Sequence record: SRR20825019_1535
Strand: one strand, 5' to 3'
Length of the DNA stretch: 64,000 nt
A program made the position numbers and the translations under genes. The number at the start of each line of letters is the position of its first letter. Position 1 is the first letter of the stretch. This document shows positions 50,875 to 60,925 of this stretch, one piece after another. The notes beneath the pieces are model-generated. The model did not search any database. It worked only from the letters and a program-made list of their open reading frames with translations, and was not told the DNA's origin.

Positions 50875-53145
50875 TTACCTGGCGGATACGGGAAGAACCT
50901 GCCCACCAGCTTCAAGAATGGCATCCCTCAAGATGTCGTGCAGTTGGTCTAAAAAAGCTCGAGCATCAGAGCTCATTGCAGCGCTGATACGCGGGGCTGC
51001 ATGATCATGAATTTCCTCGATTACTCGAGAGCGTTTTCCTGCCGAGCCGGGGCCACTGAAATCGTACGCATCACGCCAACTTCCTACCTGCTCATCTGTA
51101 AGTCGATTTTTGGTGAGCCGAGACAGCTCCTTGAACACGGCTTCTCGAATGGCATCCAATGCGATCTCGCGCTCATCATCGTTCTCGGGTTGCCTCGTCC
51201 AGCCGGCCGGCCGGTCCAGCCACTTGGAAGCTTCTTCCTGAAGGCGCGCGAGCAAGTCCGCGACGGGTGTCAGTGTATCGTACTCGTCCGCCCAACAGTT
51301 GGCCAACCTCCGACTGAGAGCCTTGATACGTGTCCAGTGCTCCTTAGAAATGCCGTCGTGATAGGAAAGACCGAGCCTTGCACCCCAAGGATCCCTAAAT
51401 GCATCGATGGCGTCATGCATGGCGATTTCAAGCCCCTTAAACTCATACATCGGACTGCAGTCCGTTTTCTCGATGGGTTCGATTGCGCGCTGCATCATGT
51501 CGATGAGGCGAGCGAGTTCGCGCTTGAAGCCGCCGGGTAATTTCGCAGTTCTGCGGTCCAATCCACCTAGAAAAATAGAGTGGCCATCAACTTGGCGTTC
51601 AATTGCACCGGCGACGCCAGAGCCGACTACGTCTCGCAGGCTTGCGACGGCATTACCGACCGACCCAAGGACGTGATCTCGCTTCTGTTCGAAGGACCCG
51701 AGATTGGGCCCTTTGACCTGATCGAAGTGGGTAAAGGCGATGGCCAGCTTCCTTGCGAAACCAGAGCTGCCGACCGAACGCAGCAGAGCCAACGGAGCAG
51801 CCTGCATAGGCTGCTGCGCATTGTCGACCAAGAGAACCATGTCGACGCTCGCGAACTTCTTGGTGATGCGTGTTGAAACGGACGACACGCTCGTTGCGGT
51901 GTGTCCGAGCCCCTGACCGTCGAGCAATACCAGCTGAGGATCGTCGCTGACTCCAGAGAGTTCGGGAAAGAGCGGCCCCTTCACCCTAATCCCATCCACA
52001 ATCGGCGTGAGGAGGCGCCCAAACTGCTTGTGATGATTGCTCGAGAACCAACGGACAGCAGAAAGGAAATGATCGCGATCATCGGCCTCCATCGTCCAGA
52101 GGAGTGGCCAGTCAGTCGACGACCTTTGCAGCTCACCTTCCTCGATCCTGGAAAATCGATCGGCGATTTCCTCCATTATGTCCAAGGCCAAGTTCGAGAA
52201 TTGCGAGTGCTTGAACGCTTCGACACCGAACAGCTCCAGCCAGGTCGCCCTATCATCGGCGGTTTTCTGGTCGGCGATCTTGCCGAGGCTACCGGCGAAC
52301 TGTTCCTCCACCTCCGCCGTCAGCGCAATGATCCGGTTAACGAAGTCCTTGAGTCGAGCATGGTTTTGTTCCTGCTCCTCGGGCGGAACCGCTTCGGCCT
52401 CATCAATTTCAGCGGCAGTGTCCTGTTCGTCATCGAACGAGAAGTCGTCGTCTTCCATCGCCGCTGCGCCGGTCCAGCCACCAAGAACATATGACAGTCG
52501 GAACCGCTGCTCACGATGCTCAAGGAGTGCGGCTGCGATCTTGCCGCTCCGTTTCTTCTGGACTGCCTCGAGGCAGGCTTCCTCAAGGCATTCGTCGATA
52601 TGTGCACGGACCTCTTGCTCCGGCATGAACGTGACAGCGGCCATGTAGCCACCAGGTGCGGTGACGATCTCAAAATCAGCGGTGGTCGTCTTAGCGGTCG
52701 ACGTGGACGGGAAGCGGTCCGCTTCAGGGTCAGAACCGATTACGTGCCTGAGTAGAGTTGTCTTTCCAGCACCTGTTGTGCCGAGGAACAACACGGTGCT
52801 GTAGCCTTCGCTGGCATCGGGAAGCGGAATCACTTCGCCACGCCTTGCTTCTGGATCGACACGTAACACCTCGATCCCGTCGAAGAAGGCCGAAACAACA
52901 ACTGGAGCATACCGGACTTCTGCGTCGCCGCGACGGTCACCACTCCACCAGGATCCGTCACATAGGAGCTCATTCAGTTGGGCAACGAGGCGATCCGCCT
53001 CTGCTTCGTCACTCGTGCCGAGACCTCGCCGAACTTTGAGGCCACGCCCGCCGCGACTGTCAGATCTTACAGGATGGCGAAATGTGACGCTCCACCCGGG
53101 GCGGTTGGAGCGTGATTTCGATGCGGTAAACGATTTCTCGGCCAT
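50875..53145 (-). CDS. large P-loop GTPase (dynamin-like) with an N-terminal integrase-arm-like domain
   Basis: G1 GTTGAGKT, G2 T in STAKTTT, G3 DGQG, G4 THFD; helical C-terminus; N-terminal WSVTFRHP...VRRGLGTSDEAEA. Confidence 0.7.
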   Translation of the reverse strand: MAEKSFTASKSRSNRPGWSVTFRHPVRSDSRGGRGLKVRRGLGTSDEAEADRLVAQLNELLCDGSWWSGDRRGDAEVRYAPVVVSAFFDGIEVLRVDPEARRGEVIPLPDASEGYSTVLFLGTTGAGKTTLLRHVIGSDPEADRFPSTSTAKTTTADFEIVTAPGGYMAAVTFMPEQEVRAHIDECLEEACLEAVQKKRSGKIAAALLEHREQRFRLSYVLGGWTGAAAMEDDDFSFDDEQDTAAEIDEAEAVPPEEQEQNHARLKDFVNRIIALTAEVEEQFAGSLGKIADQKTADDRATWLELFGVEAFKHSQFSNLALDIMEEIADRFSRIEEGELQRSSTDWPLLWTMEADDRDHFLSAVRWFSSNHHKQFGRLLTPIVDGIRVKGPLFPELSGVSDDPQLVLLDGQGLGHTATSVSSVSTRITKKFASVDMVLLVDNAQQPMQAAPLALLRSVGSSGFARKLAIAFTHFDQVKGPNLGSFEQKRDHVLGSVGNAVASLRDVVGSGVAGAIERQVDGHSIFLGGLDRRTAKLPGGFKRELARLIDMMQRAIEPIEKTDCSPMYEFKGLEIAMHDAIDAFRDPWGARLGLSYHDGISKEHWTRIKALSRRLANCWADEYDTLTPVADLLARLQEEASKWLDRPAGWTRQPENDDEREIALDAIREAVFKELSRLTKNRLTDEQVGSWRDAYDFSGPGSAGKRSRVIEEIHDHAAPRISAAMSSDARAFLDQLHDILRDAILEAGGQVLPVSAR

Positions 53146-53148
53146 GAC

Positions 53149-53230
53149 GTTGTTCTCCGTTGTTCCGAAGCTAACCTTCTCTCACGCTTACGCGTCGCGG
53201 TCAATTTTTTTTGGAACAACATGGAACAAC
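53149..53230. promoter_or_regulatory. two inverted pairs of GAACAAC boxes upstream of the GTPase gene
   Basis: gttgttctccgttgttcc (53149-53166) and ggaacaacatggaacaac (53213-53230). Confidence 0.55.
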
Positions 53231-53410
53231 GACTTGCCGCTTGGCTCTCTAAGATAGCATTCGATGCCCTCCCCTCGCGGAACTATCTTCGTCGCTGTCC
53301 GTCACCGACCCGCACAGTGAGGTGTGCCCGAGTGCGTGCCGGCCGCTACAAGCTCAGTCACCAGGGAATTGCGGTGACACGCGACTTAACTCCCAATCAT
53401 CGACGGTTAG

Positions 53411-53476
53411 ACGACCGCTTCGGGTCGACCGCCAGCCGAATAGGCCATCCGGCCCTGCAGGGTGGGAAGCGGTCGT
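53411..53476 (+). repeat. 66-bp site with perfect 11-bp terminal inverted repeats (contains repeat copy B)
   Basis: acgaccgcttc ... gaagcggtcgt; includes 53435-53474; left arm matches 61572-61587 at 15/16. Confidence 0.85.
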
Positions 53477-53889
53477 TGCCGCAAACGATAGATACATCGA
53501 AGTGTTGCTCAGCCCTCGCCGACCTATCTGCCCAACAAGGCAGCTTCGATCTCACCAGGGAGATGGATCAGCTGAGCTACTGCCCGGAAGCTGAACAGTG
53601 ACGGAAACTATGGCATGAGGTCTGCTGATCTTCGAGAGAGGAGATCTGACGTGACCGTAATTCGTTTGTAAGCATACAGGGGGAGTCCGGTACGGAAACC
53701 CCGAAGCCGGCCAACCCGACGTGGGTCTCGTGAAGCTCATGGTGCTGATGCTGGAGTGCTTCATCGCCGCAGATCGCGGCTTTGCAAAGGCGCGGCGGCA
53801 AGACAAGACGAGAGTTTCTCTCTGAGAGCTGCCGTTGCAGACCCATGATTTTATGTGCCATACTCATTAAATCATGGGTGTCAGGCACA

Positions 53890-54180
53890 GTGACCTACGA
53901 CGATTTCATCACCGAACTGAACAAGGCGGGGCTTACCGTCCGGCGCTTCGCCCATCTTATGGGAATGCAACCAAACTCAATCTCAAACAATAAGAAGAAG
54001 GGCGAGATTCCCGATCATCTCGGGGTTATTGCGAGCCTCCTCGCCGTGATGTCAAACCATGAAATTAACTTCGAAGCGACCTTCGCGCGGCTCGAACCCA
54101 GGCTAAAGAAGCCGCGGGGGGCTTCCAAACCCGGCAAATTTGCGGGAGACCCGCAGGGTGTACTGGAGCTGAGAAAATGA
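53890..54180 (+). CDS. small XRE-like HTH regulator
   Basis: MTYDDFITELNKAGLTVRRFAHLMGMQPNSISN; GTG start; directly upstream of the MTase. Confidence 0.7.
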   Translation: MTYDDFITELNKAGLTVRRFAHLMGMQPNSISNNKKKGEIPDHLGVIASLLAVMSNHEINFEATFARLEPRLKKPRGASKPGKFAGDPQGVLELRK

Positions 54181-54273
54181 TGCGTCAGACGCGCCCTTGC
54201 AGTGCTTTGTTCTTTATTTGTTCCACCCCCTGCGCTATGTCTGCATATCTCAAGCGCCAACGGGGGGCAGGGC

Positions 54274-57200
54274 GTGGCTGATAGTTTTGCGATGCATTGG
54301 CGCGAGGCTCTCGCTCTCGAGCGTCGAGCGGCGCCCGAGTTCTATACCTCCGCCACCGAAGTAGAACCGGGGCCGCATGCGGAAGCGATTCGCTTTGCCT
54401 TGGTCGATCTCGGCTTGGCCGCCGTATTCTGTATCGAGGGGGTTCCGACCATCGGCTTCCTAAATCAGCCAGATGTTTTGCCTGCCCGTATAGACGAATT
54501 GCACCGCATCCTCTGGAATCAGGGATTAATGAGTTTGTTGCTGGTCCTCAAAGAGGAGGAACTGGTGGCCTACTCCTTGGTCCAGCGGCCGTTCCAGCAC
54601 AAAGTGGGGCAGCGAAACGACCCGCGGCTAATCACAACTCTTTCGCTTCTTTCTGACGCGATAGCGCTTCGTGAACTGCTCGACTCTACCGAGTCGGGGC
54701 GCTTTTGGTTCGAGAACGACAAGTTCTTCAATCCGGAGGATCGGGTCGACAGTGTCCTGCTCTCAAACCTGCTTGAAGCTTTTCGCGACATGCGCGACGA
54801 CCTTGGTGGGGAGGCCGCCCAAGCACTTTTGATGCAAACCATGTTCATCGCATATCTTGAGGATCGAAAGATCCTCAAGGAAGCGGTGTTCCAAGAAGCG
54901 TCCAACAAGACATGCTCCAGTCTTGCGGAGATGCTTGCGGCAGAGTCCCCAGGACATTTCGAGTCCCTGTTCGTATGGCTAAAAGGAGCATTTAACGGAA
55001 ACCTGTTCAACGCGCCTTGCGCCTTCGAAATGGATAATGCAGCGCCCCCGAAACTGGCCGTAAGACACCTGCAAACGCTCGCGCGGTTTCGGCATGGTCG
55101 GGAGGAAATGGCTTCTGGGCAGCTTCGCTTATGGGGCTACGATTTTCGATACATGTCGATCGGCCTCATTAGCGCGGTTTACGACCGCTTTCTGAAGGAA
55201 GAGGCGGAGAAGAAGAGCGCCGATGGCGCATTCTACACGCCGATGTTTTTGGCCGATGTGGTCGTAAACCAGCTATGGGACGATCTCTCCGACGAGCAGC
55301 GGGCCAGCGGGATTTTCTGCGATCCGGCATGCGGGTCGGGGATTTTTCTCGTAAGGCTGTTCCAGCGCCTAGTGGCGCACCACTGCCGTATCAAGAAAAA
55401 GCGTCATGCCACATGGGAAGAGTTGAAAGCCATCGCTCATCGCCTGCATGGGGCAGACATCAACCCCTCGGCTGTCCGGGTGGCAGCTTTTTCTCTGTAT
55501 ATAGCGCTGCTCGAACAGTCCAATCCGCCCGTTCTGCCGGCCCTCATCGACGCAGGCAAGCTTCTGCCATCGCTCTATGGAGATACCCTCCTTCCTGCAT
55601 GCGACTTCTTTGCGGCTGATGAGCGACCCAAATATGATGCGGTCATTGGCAACCCGCCTTGGAAGGGGCGCAGTGGTCAGGTCACGACGGCCGAGACCTG
55701 GGCAAAGACACATCGCTACCCTCATCCTGCCAAGGACATTGCTTGGGCGTTCGTCTGGAAAGCTCTTAATGTCGTTAAGCCGGACGGGCATATAGCCTTC
55801 CTGCTGCCAGCAATGGGTATTTTGCATAATACTTCGCGCGAGGCACAAGAGGCTCGGCGGCGGCTCCTTCGGGAAGCCCGAGTTAAACGGATCATCAACC
55901 TATCGGACCTTTGCTTCCAATTGTTCGATGGGGCCCAGAGACCGACGGCATTTGTGCTTTACACGCCTTCAGGCGACGATCTCCCCTATCGATTCGAATA
56001 CTGGGTGCCGAAGGCTGATCTTAACCTGCGGCTCAAGCGCCTGATGACACTGTCGCGTGCCGACCGTATCAGGTTCCGTTCCGATTTGGTCGGAAAGGAT
56101 CCCACGCTGTTCAAGCGCCGTCTTTGGACTCGGTCGCCAGATGAAAAGCTGCTGCAATATTTACGGACTATTCCATCGTTGAATACGTTCATTCGTGAAT
56201 ACAGGGAGATCCACCGGACAAGAGTCGTGATGAACCGGGCAACTGACTGGGTAATTGGACAAGGGTTCAAGCCGGCGCAGGAAGAACGACTAGACGACCC
56301 GGATTACGAGACAACGACAAGTGAAAGCGTGACTCGCTATCGGTATATGGACGCCCGCGCGTTCCGCACGATAGCGTTGCCGCCGATTGACGCTGATCCC
56401 TGGCCGACGTCGGTCGTTCATCGTCCCGGATTTGCTGAAGGATTTACGGGTCCCCATATCTTGATCCCTCAGGGTGTCGAGCGTTCAATTGGGCGCGCTC
56501 GCGCAGCTTATTCCGAGCAGAGCTTGACATTTGAGCACTCACTGCAGGCTATAGCCGTTCCTGAAACGGAACGACGGAAGGCAAAGGTACTGACGGCTGT
56601 CCTGAATAGCAGCCTTGCCGCATGGGTATATTTTCATGATACGGCTAACTTGGGAGCAGACCGTGCGAAGATTCATCAGGGCGAATTGCTCAAGCTGCCG
56701 TTTGACGTGCCTGAGAACATGCCGGACCCCATACGAGCGACTGAGGCGGAAGAGAAAATCGTTCAGTTAGTCGATCGCCAAATTGCAAACGCGAACGAAC
56801 TCCTGTCGATGGAATCGACTCCTCTCGATGAGATCGATCATCTGGTTTTTGATTATTACGGGCTTGATGCGCGAGAGATCGCACTCATCGAGGATACCTT
56901 CCGCTACATTATTCCAGCGATGCAGCCGCGGCGTAGAGCAGGGTTGCAGAAGATCTGGACCAACAGCGACGTTGAGCATCGATCCGACTACGCATCCATG
57001 CTGTGCGATGCTCTCGAACCGTGCTTCCGGCAGAGTATTAGCGCTTCGCTCGCTGCGAAGTCAGCGGACGTTGCAGTTCTCAAACTGACGATCAGCGACG
57101 AATCTAGCAATTATAGGGAGGAGGCGTCATCCGAGTTTGGAAGATTCCTTCAGTCCATAAAGGACAACCTGCCTATGCCCCTGCCTGGAAATGTGCAGTT

Positions 57201-57372
57201 GGTGCCGGACCTTTGCTTCGTAATCGGAGCCGACATGTACCTCGTAAAACCGATGCAATTGCGGCATTGGCTGAGGTCGACGGCACTCGCTGATGCAGAG
57301 CAAATCACGGCCGAGTTCAGCGCAGCGGTTGCGCGCCATAGCCAGGGCGGTTATGCGTATGCTGACTGGTAG
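54274..57372 (+). CDS. large N6-adenine DNA methyltransferase (Eco57I/type IIG-like architecture)
   Basis: GAFYTP, motif I DPACGSGIF, motif IV NPPW, C-terminal TRD-like region (AVLNSSLA). Confidence 0.88.
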   Translation: MADSFAMHWREALALERRAAPEFYTSATEVEPGPHAEAIRFALVDLGLAAVFCIEGVPTIGFLNQPDVLPARIDELHRILWNQGLMSLLLVLKEEELVAYSLVQRPFQHKVGQRNDPRLITTLSLLSDAIALRELLDSTESGRFWFENDKFFNPEDRVDSVLLSNLLEAFRDMRDDLGGEAAQALLMQTMFIAYLEDRKILKEAVFQEASNKTCSSLAEMLAAESPGHFESLFVWLKGAFNGNLFNAPCAFEMDNAAPPKLAVRHLQTLARFRHGREEMASGQLRLWGYDFRYMSIGLISAVYDRFLKEEAEKKSADGAFYTPMFLADVVVNQLWDDLSDEQRASGIFCDPACGSGIFLVRLFQRLVAHHCRIKKKRHATWEELKAIAHRLHGADINPSAVRVAAFSLYIALLEQSNPPVLPALIDAGKLLPSLYGDTLLPACDFFAADERPKYDAVIGNPPWKGRSGQVTTAETWAKTHRYPHPAKDIAWAFVWKALNVVKPDGHIAFLLPAMGILHNTSREAQEARRRLLREARVKRIINLSDLCFQLFDGAQRPTAFVLYTPSGDDLPYRFEYWVPKADLNLRLKRLMTLSRADRIRFRSDLVGKDPTLFKRRLWTRSPDEKLLQYLRTIPSLNTFIREYREIHRTRVVMNRATDWVIGQGFKPAQEERLDDPDYETTTSESVTRYRYMDARAFRTIALPPIDADPWPTSVVHRPGFAEGFTGPHILIPQGVERSIGRARAAYSEQSLTFEHSLQAIAVPETERRKAKVLTAVLNSSLAAWVYFHDTANLGADRAKIHQGELLKLPFDVPENMPDPIRATEAEEKIVQLVDRQIANANELLSMESTPLDEIDHLVFDYYGLDAREIALIEDTFRYIIPAMQPRRRAGLQKIWTNSDVEHRSDYASMLCDALEPCFRQSISASLAAKSADVAVLKLTISDESSNYREEASSEFGRFLQSIKDNLPMPLPGNVQLVPDLCFVIGADMYLVKPMQLRHWLRSTALADAEQITAEFSAAVARHSQGGYAYADW

Positions 57373-58030
57373 TCTGGATCACTGGCTCCGTCACTTCCGA
57401 AGTCTCGAAGAACGGGTCGCTGGCGCGGTTGAGGCCGCATGGCCCATTTGCATTGCACCACTTCAATCGAAGAAGGACGCGATGACTCACGAAGATCACA
57501 TCACTGAGCATCTCGTTCAGTCGTTAATTCAGACGAAATCTCTTCCGGGCCGCATCGTCTATCAATACACCCTGCTCGTCGAGGACGCCGATGGCAATGT
57601 ATCGATGTCGAGCAACGTCGATTTTGTCCTGACCGTCGGCGATGACGAGGATGTCTATCTTGCCTGCGAATGCAAGCGATTGAACGTGCCCTACAAGACA
57701 GGGCTGAGGGGGCTCGTCGGCGAGTATGTAAACGAGGGCCTTATGCGGTTCGTGACTGGGCAGTACTCAAACGGTCTGCCTGTGGCCATGATGCTGGGAT
57801 ATGTAATGAATGCCCGAACGGACAGGGCACGCCGAGGAGTGAAACGCGCTATGGCACTTCGATCTGCAGCCATCCGGCTTCAGTCCGATCAAGATGCCCC
57901 GATCGTGGATGGTCGATCACTGCGTTTCCACACCACGCACTTATGCGTGCCTGGACACACAATAGAAGTAGCTCACACATTTCTAGCATGGGGTTCCGGC
58001 ACCAAATCTGCCGAGAGTGGCGGGAACTGA
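57353..58030 (+). CDS. putative PD-(D/E)XK nuclease coupled to the MTase
   Basis: EDHIT...NVDF...ECKRL; overlaps the MTase stop codon. Confidence 0.6.
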   Translation: MRMLTGSLDHWLRHFRSLEERVAGAVEAAWPICIAPLQSKKDAMTHEDHITEHLVQSLIQTKSLPGRIVYQYTLLVEDADGNVSMSSNVDFVLTVGDDEDVYLACECKRLNVPYKTGLRGLVGEYVNEGLMRFVTGQYSNGLPVAMMLGYVMNARTDRARRGVKRAMALRSAAIRLQSDQDAPIVDGRSLRFHTTHLCVPGHTIEVAHTFLAWGSGTKSAESGGN

Positions 58031-58194
58031 TTGGGAACTTGGGGTCCGGCCGCTTGCCAGTTTGTAGTTGGCGTATTGGGGTTTCTTTACTCGGTTTCCC
58101 AAAAAATATCGGTATAGCTTTTGAGTAATTTCAAATGCCTACATTCTTCCGTAGAAGATAGTATAGAAAGCCCAACGTCGCACTCATCGCGGCG

Positions 58195-59118
58195 TCACCG
58201 GAGGCGATCGAGTAGGGTTTCGACCATTTCCTGGCTTGAGTTTGCGACGATGTCGAGCGGCCGGCCCTCTTGCCTCATCAGCGCGATCAGAAGGCAGGCG
58301 GTGAAGGGCCAGAAGGACGAGTCGGGGGACAGATTGTAGCTGCCGATCAACGCCGTCAGCCGCTCGGCGATCGGCGGGTACTGACGGTTGCCCCAATGCG
58401 CGTAGGTCGGCGTCATCGCGTGTATTGTTACGGCGGCGAGCGCTATTCCCATCGCGCGTTTCTGGTGAACATCGGCATATTGGTGCCCGTGTTCTTTCGC
58501 GTAGGCGGCGAGACCGCTGGTCATGAACTCGCGGGCCCAGATGTCGCAGGCGATTTCCTCTTCTGGCAAGGTAGACGGCGCGTTGTTGTCGGCGCAGAAC
58601 ATAACGTGTCGAAACTCGTGCAGCAGCGCGAAGGCGAGAGCTAACAAGACGAGGTCAAACATCGCCTTGTGCTGCTCATCCCCCAAGCTTTCTCGGTCAG
58701 CGGTCGGTTCTGGGATGTCCGCGGGCCATGAGATTTGCGCGGTCAGTTCAGCAGTGACGAGCGACTGGGCGCTGGCAATGCGTTGCTTATAGTCAAACTC
58801 AAATTGTCCGCGTTCGGCGTCAATGTTGAGCGCCTGATCGAGCGGTATGCCTGTGAGCGTCGCGAGCTCCAGGCCGGGCGAGTAGACCTCGATTGCGTGC
58901 CAGGCGCTGAAACCGAGTAGCCAGAAGAAGTCGATCGTCTTGGTGTCGAACTTGATGCGATTGGCGTCGGCATTCATTGTTGGGCCTTCGGCGCTTGGCG
59001 CGACTTCTACCGCGTGGCCGTATTGGCTCCAAAGGCCGCTGACTTCGTCGGCACGCTCGGGGACGGCGCCGCGCAAGAGGTGAAGGACGATCGTCCGTTC
59101 GGATGGTTCTGTCTTCAT
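58195..59118 (-). CDS. lit: Lit-family (peptidase U49) phage-exclusion zinc protease
   Basis: FALLHEFRH (HExxH) followed by EEEIACD; about 307 aa; RBS AGGAGA. Confidence 0.75.
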   Translation of the reverse strand: MKTEPSERTIVLHLLRGAVPERADEVSGLWSQYGHAVEVAPSAEGPTMNADANRIKFDTKTIDFFWLLGFSAWHAIEVYSPGLELATLTGIPLDQALNIDAERGQFEFDYKQRIASAQSLVTAELTAQISWPADIPEPTADRESLGDEQHKAMFDLVLLALAFALLHEFRHVMFCADNNAPSTLPEEEIACDIWAREFMTSGLAAYAKEHGHQYADVHQKRAMGIALAAVTIHAMTPTYAHWGNRQYPPIAERLTALIGSYNLSPDSSFWPFTACLLIALMRQEGRPLDIVANSSQEMVETLLDRLR

Positions 59119-59167
59119 GCCAGGTAGTTCTCCTGTGATGGGCGACGGTGCCTGTCTGTTGGGCCGA

Positions 59168-60583
59168 TCATGGGGGCTCGCTTTCACTTTTCGCGACGTC
59201 TGTCTTGTCGGGCTCGCCAGCCATGCGCAGATGAGTGATCGACGAAATGACCGAGTTCGCCCACATGGTGCGGCACTCGACATCGCCGCCGCGCTCGAAC
59301 CAATGCGTCGCGCCCGGTATGAGATTGAAGGGAATGGGGTACGTCGCCTTCGGGTTGTGAAAGACCTCCAGCTCCTGACACCATGCTTCGCCCCAAGGCC
59401 AAAGTGCCTGGTATTCGGCGCCGCCGACCGACAGATGGAAGTCAATGGGCTCCAGCGCGCCTGGGGTTCGGTCGAAGAGAATGCCCCGGCGAGTCATCGT
59501 GAGGCCGGGCGGCTGCCATCCGGCGAGAAAGCCCATGCGGTTGAATTTGGCGAGCGTCGCCGCGTTGCTGAAGATGACGGCGGAGAGGTGGGCGAAGTCG
59601 GGATCGCGGAACAGTCCGGCCGGAATGCCGTGCCTTCCCGTAAGGTTGCTGATCGGCGTGCCGACAGCGCGTCGTCCGGCGCCTTCGCCTTCGACATCGG
59701 CCCGCAGGCCGTAGAGATAGGTCGGCAAAGCCTCGCGGCTCCATACCATCGAGCCCGATTCGTGAAAGTCGGCGATCGCCAGCGCGAAGGGCTGACCTTT
59801 CACATGATCCAGCTCATGATAGTTGCGTTGAAGCTTGCTTCGCAGAGTCTTGGCGTAGCGCTCGGCAGGCGCGCCAGTCAGGCGTTCGTTTCGGTCGACT
59901 GGAGCGTGCGCCCAGTCTCCGATCCCGCTGGAGTGCGGCGTCTCGGAGTTCGCGGTCACGGCTTCGACCCAGCAGACGGCGTCGTCGTTTTCGATCAGGA
60001 AGTCGGGCGAGACATGCTTCTGCCTGACGCTCAGGCCTTGCTCGCGGAAGCAAGCCAGAAGGTAGAGTTCGAAGAGCCGGGACGCGAAGTTGTTGGTCTG
60101 CAGATCGGTGACGAAGTTGGCGTCCGGATTGGGAAGGGCGAGGTAGCATTCGTCGATCGCCCTCAGCGCCGGGTAATGGCTGATCGTGCTCGTCAACAGC
60201 TCGAACTCCGGTGATGCCCCGCGCGGGCCGGTCTTCAGTAGAAGCGGGCGCCGCCGCGCGCCCGGGGGCAATGGTTCAGGCGGCTCGCCGGCGCGCATAT
60301 CGAGGCTCAGGTGATCCAGCGCGACCTCGGGCGTGGAATAGGGGCCGCCTTCACTAACGCGGACCCAACGATGATCGACGCGTCGTCGCAAAGCCAATGT
60401 GGTGAAAGTCCCGCGCTCGTGATCGAGGAGGATGCAGCCGCTCGCTCTGCCGCGCCCTACCTGATAGCTCCCGAAGATCCGCGCGGGATCGAAATTGGGC
60501 CCGCGTTCGAGCGACAGCGCGTAAATCTCGAACTGGCGTTGGCTGATTGGTGAGATCAGTCGTTGCTCATCGCCGACGGCCAT
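59168..60583 (-). CDS. hypothetical protein with a PD-(D/E)XK-like motif
   Basis: FASRLFELYL...SPDF...WVEAVT; SAVIFSNAATLAKFNRMG. Confidence 0.65.
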   Translation of the reverse strand: MAVGDEQRLISPISQRQFEIYALSLERGPNFDPARIFGSYQVGRGRASGCILLDHERGTFTTLALRRRVDHRWVRVSEGGPYSTPEVALDHLSLDMRAGEPPEPLPPGARRRPLLLKTGPRGASPEFELLTSTISHYPALRAIDECYLALPNPDANFVTDLQTNNFASRLFELYLLACFREQGLSVRQKHVSPDFLIENDDAVCWVEAVTANSETPHSSGIGDWAHAPVDRNERLTGAPAERYAKTLRSKLQRNYHELDHVKGQPFALAIADFHESGSMVWSREALPTYLYGLRADVEGEGAGRRAVGTPISNLTGRHGIPAGLFRDPDFAHLSAVIFSNAATLAKFNRMGFLAGWQPPGLTMTRRGILFDRTPGALEPIDFHLSVGGAEYQALWPWGEAWCQELEVFHNPKATYPIPFNLIPGATHWFERGGDVECRTMWANSVISSITHLRMAGEPDKTDVAKSESEPP

Positions 60584-60925
60584 TTTCTACCTCTCGGGTT
60601 GGCAAGCACCCGCCGCGGCATCTCGGGCGCATGATCATGACGCCTGCGCTGCAACCTGAGCCAGGATGTCGTTGGCCTCTCACTCGTCGCCGTGCGGCGC
60701 AATGACGAATTCGCGATCCCAGACGCCCCAAGTTGGTCTCATATAGCAAGTCCTCCATTTCGGATTGCTCGAAGTCAGCCGCCGGCTCGTCACTCTCCCA
60801 GCGATCCGCTCCTTGACCTTCCGGATCGCTGGGAGAGTGACGTCGTCGAGAAACGATTGAATCGTTTTACCGTGCCGTGCCGCCGAGACATCGGCATAGC
60901 AGAATTGCCGGCGAAACGGCGTCAT
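60567..60925 (-). pseudogene. frameshifted/deleted hypothetical gene
   Basis: Starts with an ATGA overlap on the upstream stop; homologous-looking pieces in two frames (YADVSAARHG...; EMEDLLYETNL; PHGD). Confidence 0.55.

Noticed and set aside
53149-53230. Alphaproteobacterial LexA box (GTTC-N7-GTTC)
   Set aside because: The spacing here is N6 in both pairs, so it is not a canonical SOS box.
53552-53888. Small ORFs between site B and the XRE gene
   Set aside because: No recognisable motifs; probably decayed sequence, so no call can be supported.
54274-58030. BREX, DISARM or type I R-M assignment
   Set aside because: No pglZ/brxC, drmAB, hsdR or hsdS partners are present in the window.
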